DNA of 8,568 nucleotides from Candidatus Wukongarchaeum yapensis (GTDB lineage Archaea > Asgardarchaeota > Wukongarchaeia > Wukongarchaeales > Wukongarchaeaceae): the NCBI GenBank assembly GCA_016840425.1, contig JAEOSI010000084.1:1-8568 (forward strand). Reading direction: 5' to 3'. A program made the translations under genes and the position numbers. This document shows, piece by piece, positions 1 through 5,324 of the stretch (the first letter of the stretch is position 1; the number at the start of each line of letters is the position of its first letter). The notes beneath the pieces are model-generated. The model had not been told where the DNA came from. It made no database searches and worked only from the letters and a program-made list of their open reading frames with translations.

Positions 1-1
1 G

Positions 2-454
2 CTTGCGGATGGGTCTACGATTAATAGTCTTCAGATTGGGCAGATTGGTCGTGCTTTGGTATTTAATGAGACGGAGTCTCTTAAGATTTTGTGGGCTTTT
101 AGTGTGGATTATGTTTTGGTGAATTTTGCGGCGGCTGAGATGAATGCTGGTAGTGATTTGGCGAAGGCTATTTGGATGATAAGGATCGGTCAGCAATATG
201 GTACGATGGGGGCGAATTTTGAAGTAAGTGATTACTATAAAGACGGGAAGTATACGGAAGCTTTCACTGATGGGGTTTTATACAGGCTGTGTATGTATAA
301 TATGGATGCGTATAAGGAGAAGTTGACTAACAGTGGGCTTTTTGATGAGGTGCCTAGTGTTTCTAGTTTGACGTATTTTAATGAAGTTTTTACAAGCACA
401 AACGATTGGGTACGGATCTACCAGGTAGTGTATCCTGTAGGCTATATCCCTTAA
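2..454 (+). CDS. aglB: Oligosaccharyltransferase AglB/STT3, C-terminal part (5'-partial; the frame is open from the window edge)
   Basis: The frame is open from nt 2: LADGSTINSLQIGQIGRALVFNETESLKIL...DYVLV...SDLAKAIWMIRIG...LYRLCMY...EVFTSTNDWVRIYQV. This matches the STT3 segment after WWDYG, including the DK motif DxxKxxxM (DLAKAIWM) and the terminal VRIY(K/Q)V. WWDYG itself lies outside the window. Confidence 0.85.
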   Translation, partial: LADGSTINSLQIGQIGRALVFNETESLKILWAFSVDYVLVNFAAAEMNAGSDLAKAIWMIRIGQQYGTMGANFEVSDYYKDGKYTEAFTDGVLYRLCMYNMDAYKEKLTNSGLFDEVPSVSSLTYFNEVFTSTNDWVRIYQVVYPVGYIP

Positions 455-639
455 GTTTTTGAGGGAGTTTTTTCTTCTTCCATTTTCTTTTTCCAGACTC
501 TTCTAAATTTTCCGTATCTGTCTTCTGGTGAAAACTTTGGGGGGTGTGCTGTCTTAACAGGACCCCCGCAAAAGGGGCATGTAGATTTTTGTAACGTGTA
601 TCGCATACATTTTTGGCATCGTTGAAGCATTTTAGGCAT
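451..639 (-). CDS. nop10: H/ACA RNP protein Nop10
   Basis: MPKMLQRCQKCMRYTLQKSTCPFCGGPVKTAHPPKFSPEDRYGKFRR has the zinc-ribbon CxxC...CxxC and the HPPKFSPEDRYGKYR-type Nop10 signature. ATG at 639 has GGAG (648-645) upstream, which is preferred over the TTG at 654. It follows aIF2-alpha, as in many archaea. Confidence 0.95.
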   Translation of the reverse strand: MPKMLQRCQKCMRYTLQKSTCPFCGGPVKTAHPPKFSPEDRYGKFRRVWKKKMEEEKTPSKT

Positions 640-660
640 AAAAACTCCGACCAAAAACTC

Positions 661-797
661 TTAAAAGCGTATCAGTATGGATCGTTGGAAAATGCTCCTA
701 ACTGTAATCCCCGCGTGAACTCGGGCAACGTGAGCAAATGGAACGGATCACATTTGACGTCTATGGAAGTTCCGTCTGTAAGGGCGGGGTAGTTCAC
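661..797 (+). mobile_element. IS200/IS605-family right-end remnant (tnpB 3' tail + RE hairpin; possible omegaRNA/reRNA scaffold). Left boundary uncertain.
   Basis: GAAG (766-769) + hairpin TTCCGTCT-GTAA-GGGCGGGG (770-789, all Watson-Crick or G.T pairs) + TAGT + TCAC (794-797). GAAG/TCAC fits the IS608-type guide/cleavage-site pairing rule. An open frame from 661 ends ...MEVPSVRAG*, like tnpB tails that run into the RE. GTGAACT (715-721) is complementary to the terminal AGTTCAC (791-797). Confidence 0.7.
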
Positions 798-1636
798 TCT
801 CTTTCGAATTGGAAGGAACAGTTTGACCGGTTTAGGGCTTTTTTAACTTTGTTAACCGCTTTGCTTAGGGCTTTTTCAGCGGTTTGAAAATCTTTTGCTT
901 CTACTTCGATGCGGTATCTTGGTGCGCCTAGGGAGTATATGTCGATTTCGGATTTTTTATCTGCTGATAAAGATTTGGTAAGGGCGTCTTTAATGATGTC
1001 GACTCCGTTTGGTTCCGTGCTGTTTAATGAAAAAATACCGGATACTTTAACTTTTTTAACTTCAATAGATGACTTTGCAAATTCTTCTAAGATGTCGGCC
1101 CATTCTTTCGGGATTCCTGCATTTATTAAAATTTCAGCTCCTCCTTCAAAAGCAGCTTCTAAACCCCCGTAACTGCTTCCAAATTCTTTTTCTAGAATAT
1201 CATTCACTTCTTCCAAGCTGAGGGGTTTCACTCCCATTTCCTCGATTCTTTTCTGGGCTAAAGCGAGGAGATTTGCTGCTTTTTGCGCGTTTTTCCATGC
1301 TCGAAGTGTTTCACGTTTTTGGGAGTCTGAGACCCTACGCATCGAGACATCGACTTGCCTTTTCTGGCGGTTAACCCGAAGCACCTTAGCAACTGCCTTT
1401 TGCCCTTCCTTTATGTAGTTCCGAATATTTCGCACCCATGTCGAAGCTATTTTCGGAGATATGACGGGAAATCATATCTTTTCCGAGATATGACAAAAGG
1501 CTTCTTCTTCTATGTTGGGGTATTCATCTATTTTGAAATAGGCGCCATATGGTGTTACCTTGTTGCAGGTGACTACAAGGAATTCGCCTTCTTCGGGCAT
1601 ATATTCTTCTTTTTCGTAACCTGTTTTTTTCGTCAT
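794..1636 (-). CDS. eif2a: Translation initiation factor 2 alpha subunit (aIF2-alpha/eIF2-alpha); join(complement 1481-1636, 794-1450); 270 aa after removal of a 30-nt intron
   Basis: The ORFs 1472..1663 and 794..1435 are in the same frame. The N-terminal S1 domain (PEEGEFLVVTCNKVTPYGAYFKIDEY...HISE) continues as IASTWVRNIRNYIKEGQKAVAKVLRVNRQKRQVDVSMRRV and ends with the ...YSLGAPRYRIEVEAKDFQTAEKAL domain. ATG at 1636 is preceded by GGAGG (1644-1640). Confidence 0.92.
1451..1480 (-). other. Predicted 30-nt BHB-type mRNA intron in aIF2-alpha
   Basis: The mRNA reads UCGG-AA^A-AGAUAUGA-UUUCCCG-UCAUAUCU-CCGA-AA^A-UAGC. It has a 4-bp central helix UCGG/CCGA, two 3-nt AAA bulges and an 8-bp intron stem. 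Cutting after the 2nd nt of each bulge removes 30 nt, including the in-frame UGA (1474-1472), and gives UCG GAA AUA GCU (S-E-I-A). Confidence 0.85.
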
Positions 1637-1663
1637 TTTCCTCCAAAGCTCCTTTAAGAGCAT

Positions 1664-1853
1664 TCTAAATTTTTGATGATTTAAAATTAATTATAAGGTT
1701 TATGAATAAATCTTTAATTCGCTTTAGAACTATGGAAGTAAAAGGTTTAATAAGTATTTTATGATTTAAAACCTAAAGATGATAATGATTAAACTTAAAA
1801 AATAGTTTTTATAAATGTTTAGTTTACTTTTTAAGATAAAAGGGGTTTTTTTA
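1664..1853. promoter_or_regulatory. AT-rich divergent promoter region between aIF2-alpha and rps27e
   Basis: Very AT-rich intergenic spacer between head-to-head genes. TATA-like TTTATAAA at about 1808-1815 (+) and TTATAA at about 1691-1696 (-). The exact boxes are not verified. Confidence 0.45.
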
Positions 1854-2063
1854 ATGTTTAGGTCGAGGAAAAGGAGAAAGGCGATGATTGTAAAACCTAG
1901 AAGTAGGTTTCTTAAGGTCAGATGTAGGGATTGTAGCGCGGAACAGGTAGTTTTTAATAAATCAAGTATGAGGGTTAATTGCTTAATTTGCGGTAAACTT
2001 CTTTTGGAGCCTGCAGGAGGAAAATCTAAGATTTACGGCGAGGTTATAGCGGTACTTGAATGA
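1854..2063 (+). CDS. rps27e: 30S ribosomal protein S27e
   Basis: PRSRFLKVRCRDCSAEQVVFNKSSMRVNCLICGKLLLEPAGGKSKIYGEVIAVLE is a classic S27e zinc finger (CxxC...CxxC, EPxGGK). ATG 1854 is preferred over 1815 on expected protein length. Confidence 0.95.
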   Translation: MFRSRKRRKAMIVKPRSRFLKVRCRDCSAEQVVFNKSSMRVNCLICGKLLLEPAGGKSKIYGEVIAVLE

Positions 2064-2131
2064 AAACTTGTTGTAGATGCTTTAGCGGGGCTTTTTTTCA
2101 AATTTCTGCCCTTTTTTAGAGGGTATAGTCT

Positions 2132-2731
2132 TTGGATTATGAGATTTTGTTACAAAAATGGCGAGAAATGGTAGGAAAAAAAGGCGTTTACGGTTCATTA
2201 ATTGATGAGGAATTTATAGAAGAAGGAAAAAAATTTCTATCAGAACTTAAAAGTATACAGGAAAAAAAAGGCTCAGAACTAAAGAATGTTTTATCAGAAG
2301 CGATGTATTTAAGGGCAAAATTCATGCTAGAAGAACTCCTAAAACTTGAAAAAAAAGAAAAAATATGGCAGGGAGGAGGAGAAGGACGAGAAGGACGAGA
2401 AGGACGAGAAGGACGAGAAGAAGGAGTAGAAGAAGAAGAAAAAATAGAAACTAAAAGCGAGAGAAAAGAAGAAGAATTTTCCAAGCGACTTCCTTTTCAA
2501 GAAGTGCCAAAAGAAGAACCTTTACTTTTAAAAGAATATATCACGGTGAGAATCCTAAAAGATCTACCGTCAGTGGTTGGAATTGTAGGGGAAAAACTCC
2601 ACGTTTTTGGTCCTTTTAAAAATGAAGATATAGTTATTCTTCCCAAAAAAGTTGCTGAAGCGTTCATAGAAAACAAAGTTGCGAACCCTATTCAAATGGA
2701 AAGTTTAAACATAAAAAAAGAAGAAATATAG
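2132..2731 (+). CDS. GINS complex subunit, Gins51 (Gins15) type
   Basis: N-terminal helical A-domain followed by a C-terminal B-domain with VRILKDLPSVVG...FGPFKNEDIVILPKKVAEAFIENKVA, typical of archaeal Gins51. TTG start with GAGGG (2119-2123) upstream. Lies next to PCNA and rps27e, as in the conserved archaeal cluster. Confidence 0.75.
   Translation: MDYEILLQKWREMVGKKGVYGSLIDEEFIEEGKKFLSELKSIQEKKGSELKNVLSEAMYLRAKFMLEELLKLEKKEKIWQGGGEGREGREGREGREEGVEEEEKIETKSERKEEEFSKRLPFQEVPKEEPLLLKEYITVRILKDLPSVVGIVGEKLHVFGPFKNEDIVILPKKVAEAFIENKVANPIQMESLNIKKEEI
2381..2416 (+). repeat. In-frame 9-bp tandem repeat (GAAGGACGA)x4 encoding (EGR)4
   Basis: Four exact copies at 2381, 2390, 2399 and 2408, inside a purine-rich, low-complexity linker of the GINS gene. 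Confidence 0.95.
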
Positions 2732-2747
2732 ACATTGAAGCAAATGC

Positions 2748-3509
2748 CTATTTTTCAATTCTTGGCGCTAGGAAATAGGTTAGTTTGCCTTGGCCTGGTA
2801 GACCAAAGGAGAATTTCATGGGCATATCTGAAGAAAATTCTACGGTAACTACGTCGGATAGAGAAGCGGCTTTTATCATTTTTGAGAGCATGTCGATGGC
2901 ATACATTGATTTTGAGCTTTCAGAAACGTTGTATTCATGGACGCCTTCTCCATCCTTTTCTAAGGATATTTGCGCTGATTGTCTTTCTCCTCGTGATTCT
3001 ATTTTTAAAGTATTATCTTCAGCGATTATTTCTACGTATTCTCCGGCAATTCCTGCATCTTTTAGTGCTTGTTTTAATAGGTCTGAATCTAGGCTTGTTT
3101 TAACGTTAAAATCTATCTCTAAGCGGGGTAATTCCTCGGATTCTAAACTTAGTATAGGTAGTGTAAAGATTCTGGTAGCTTTTCCCATAAGCTTTATTCT
3201 AAGCCTTCCCCCTTCCTCTTCGCTTGTTTCAAGGGTTAAAGCATCGCCAGCACCTGCTCTGGAAGTGATCTTTGAAAGTTCATCAAAATTAACACCGAGA
3301 ACAAAGTCCTCTTCGCAAACGTAGTCCTCGAAAAAAGCTTTATTAAGTTCTAAATCGACCATGGCAACGTGACTGGGATCCATTGCCCTGAAACTCAAAC
3401 CATCCGGGCTAAAATAATAATTCCCCTCATCAATTAACGCGCTGATAGCGTCCACGATCTGGGAAAAGATCCGCGCATCAGAAAGTTTCGCTTCAAACTT
3501 GCCGCCCAT
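2748..3509 (-). CDS. pcn: DNA polymerase sliding clamp PCNA
   Basis: FEAKLSDARIFSQIVDAISALIDEG...GLSFRAMDPSHVAMVDLEL...LGVNFDELSKI...VEFSSDMPMKFSF...LTYFLAPRIE; 253 aa with the canonical PCNA motifs. Confidence 0.97.
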   Translation of the reverse strand: MGGKFEAKLSDARIFSQIVDAISALIDEGNYYFSPDGLSFRAMDPSHVAMVDLELNKAFFEDYVCEEDFVLGVNFDELSKITSRAGAGDALTLETSEEEGGRLRIKLMGKATRIFTLPILSLESEELPRLEIDFNVKTSLDSDLLKQALKDAGIAGEYVEIIAEDNTLKIESRGERQSAQISLEKDGEGVHEYNVSESSKSMYAIDMLSKMIKAASLSDVVTVEFSSDMPMKFSFGLPGQGKLTYFLAPRIEK

Positions 3510-3585
3510 AAGATAAACACCCCGAAAGAATAATCAAAAACCTAAAAAAAGTACTTATAGAAAAATTAATCCTAAACTTATGAAC

Positions 3586-3957
3586 TTATCCCACTTTATT
3601 TTCCGTTCCACCACTTAATAAACTCTGCTCTAATTCAACAATCTTTCTATAAAGCTCCATATCTACTCTCTCTAATCTAGTGACAGAAACCGCCGTTAAA
3701 ACAACTTCTCCGCCCCGATCCAAATCAACGCGACCCATAACTCTCACAATATCCATTAACTCAACCTCCTCTAGAGCCTCAAAAACATTAACCTTCAAAC
3801 TCCCAGAACCATCATCTAAAACCAAATGACCCTGACCCATCGAAACAACAGCACCCAAAACACGAACCCAGACACTCTCATACTCTACACTAATCTGGCC
3901 TATAAACAAATCTTTTGCAGGAGGAAAAATACCAGTAGGAAAATCCAAAATACACAT
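3586..3957 (-). CDS. Single OB-fold protein, RPA14/RPA3-like replication protein A small subunit
   Basis: PAKDLFIGQI...VRVLGAVV...LVLDDGSGSLKV...IVRVMGRV...VDMELYRKIVELEQSLL resembles the Thermococcales RPA14 pattern (PA...V.L.G.V...LDDGTG...VRV.GR...D.E....I.ELE). It is 123 aa and co-oriented upstream of PCNA. Confidence 0.7.
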   Translation of the reverse strand: MCILDFPTGIFPPAKDLFIGQISVEYESVWVRVLGAVVSMGQGHLVLDDGSGSLKVNVFEALEEVELMDIVRVMGRVDLDRGGEVVLTAVSVTRLERVDMELYRKIVELEQSLLSGGTENKVG

Positions 3958-3987
3958 CTCCTTTAAAAAGCTTCTAAAAACGATTGA

Positions 3988-4090
3988 TGCGGGGGACGGG
4001 ATTCGAACCCGCGCAGGCCTACGCCACTGGGTCCTGAACCCAGCACCTTAAACCAAAAAACCTTTTTTGGCCGGACTCGGTCACCCCCGC
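3988..4090 (-). tRNA. tRNA-Leu(CAG) with an 18-nt D-loop intron at 21/22 (4049-4066); CCA not encoded
   Basis: Acceptor GCGGGGG/CCCCCGC, anticodon arm CUGGG-UU-CAG-GA-CCCAG, long variable arm and T-arm GCGGG-UUCGAAU-CCCGU. Removing the BHB-defined intron gives the normal D-loop GAGUCCGGCCAAAGG. Confidence 0.93.
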
Positions 4091-4190
4091 CGCTCAAAAA
4101 CAAAACAAACTTTAATACAGATCATATTTTAATTATGCTTTAAGGTTTTTAACTTAAACCACACAATTTTATAAGCTAAATTAGGCGATA

Positions 4191-5324
4191 TTATATTTTT
4201 GCCAGTAGTTCTAAAAGCACTCTTGGAATCTGTGAATAGGTTTCAACCTCTCTATAGCGGCCCCTACCTAGTTTAGCCAACCTTTTAGCGATATGGCTTC
4301 CTTGAGGATGGACATTATAAGGAGAGCGTTGAAGAGCGTATGCGGGATAGGGGTTAGGCGGTGTGATCACGTGGAGTTTTGGAAAATGACAGGCTACGGG
4401 AAAAGGTTCTCCTCCTCGATTATAATTGCCATCTGATATCAAAATACCCCATCTATTCTTTTCCTTGGATTTACTGAGCTCTTTTAACCCTTTTTCCAAA
4501 GCATCTCTTATATTTGTAAATCCTGCCGCTTCTATCTCTAAAACTCTATCCACAAGTGTGTAAACATTTACTTGTTCATCGAGTTTTTTCAAAGTTTTTG
4601 CTTTGGTATTAAAAACAACTACTGCATAATCATCGTTTCGCATATGATGTGCTAAAACCGCTGTAGCTAAAGCTGCGTTGGTAAGTTTATCCCCGTACAT
4701 ACTCCCACTAGTATCCAACATGAGAGCGCCGACTTTCTTTCGCTCCTTTCTTTCTATCCCCACAATATCCTCGTAGGTAATGGAAGAAAATTTGCCCTTT
4801 TCCAAAATCTTTTCCAAAGTAGCATACTCATCGAACTCTGTAACCATGTCAGGGATATAGGGAATACGATGGATTGTTTCACCCCTCAAACCCTTACCGC
4901 TTATCCTACCGCTGCTACGTAAAATAGACTGGGCTGCTAAACGCTTAAAAATAGGTCTATGTTTTGCAGCGGCACTTACACCCCGTAATAAATACCACAT
5001 CTCAACGGGGATGGTGCTACCTTCACTAGCTTTATCAGAGATCAACCGAACACCGTCAGCGGTACATATAGGTTGTGCAACGGCAAAAATCCTTGAGCGT
5101 GCCAAGATCATTAAGGCTTCCAAATTCTTGTACTCAATTGCTAACTCGGTTAATTTCTGGAGAGTTGGTAAATCAAGCTCATTGACCACTCTGCGAAGCT
5201 TTTGAGGAACACGGCCTTTAACAATTTCGGCTTCTAAAATAGCTTTATTGTCGACTTTTCCTGCAAGCAAAACTTGCCTATCTCTTGAAACTCGGGGCTT
5301 ACCTGCTTCCCTCCCTTTCTTCAA
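4191..5324 (-). CDS. VWA (von Willebrand factor A) domain protein, CoxE-like partner of MoxR
   Basis: MIDAS motif LMLDTSGSM...FTNI...LISDG in the C-terminal half. The TTG start overlaps the upstream AAA+ stop (TTGA), indicating translational coupling. Confidence 0.85.
   Translation of the reverse strand: MKKGREAGKPRVSRDRQVLLAGKVDNKAILEAEIVKGRVPQKLRRVVNELDLPTLQKLTELAIEYKNLEALMILARSRIFAVAQPICTADGVRLISDKASEGSTIPVEMWYLLRGVSAAAKHRPIFKRLAAQSILRSSGRISGKGLRGETIHRIPYIPDMVTEFDEYATLEKILEKGKFSSITYEDIVGIERKERKKVGALMLDTSGSMYGDKLTNAALATAVLAHHMRNDDYAVVVFNTKAKTLKKLDEQVNVYTLVDRVLEIEAAGFTNIRDALEKGLKELSKSKEKNRWGILISDGNYNRGGEPFPVACHFPKLHVITPPNPYPAYALQRSPYNVHPQGSHIAKRLAKLGRGRYREVETYSQIPRVLLELLAKI

Noticed and set aside
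451-454. aglB and nop10 stop codons overlapping on a palindromic TTAA
   Set aside because: A real 4-nt convergent overlap, but common in compact archaeal genomes and with no further signal.
709-789. CCCCGC (709-714) pairing with GCGGGG (784-789) simultaneously with GTGAACT/AGTTCAC as an H-type pseudoknot
   Set aside because: Connecting loops of 0-1 nt are sterically implausible and it competes with the RE hairpin. At most it is an alternative fold.
661-797. H/ACA guide RNA, C/D RNA or 5S rRNA between aIF2-alpha and nop10 (minus strand has CCCCGC/GCGGGG followed by ACA)
   Set aside because: No proper K-turn/K-loop, pseudouridylation pocket or 5S conserved loops were found. The + strand IS605 right-end signature explains the sequence better.
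1472-1474. Selenocysteine or readthrough decoding of the in-frame UGA in aIF2-alpha
   Set aside because: Readthrough would insert 10 residues (KI-U-FPVISPK) into a conserved loop with no Cys counterpart. BHB excision restores the consensus exactly, and no SECIS was recognised.
794-1663. aIF2-alpha as a simple pseudogene or two separate genes
   Set aside because: Both parts are in frame and otherwise intact, the gene is essential, and the insert has precise BHB geometry. An assembly artefact still needs read-level exclusion.
2088-2123. Short hairpin CCCTTTTTTAGAGGG masking the GINS RBS, with an alternative GGGC/GCCC pairing
   Set aside because: Stems of only 4-6 bp; expected by chance and not supportable as a switch.
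2381-2416. CRISPR array
   Set aside because: Contiguous 9-bp repeats without spacers inside a CDS. No repeat-spacer array or cas gene is present in the window.
909-3324. Antisense or alternate-frame ORFs 909-1172, 1355-1657, 2188-2484, 2785-3324 and 2882-3103
   Set aside because: Shadows of aIF2-alpha, GINS and PCNA with no recognisable motifs. The SRP repeats in 2188-2484 are the antisense of the EGR repeat.
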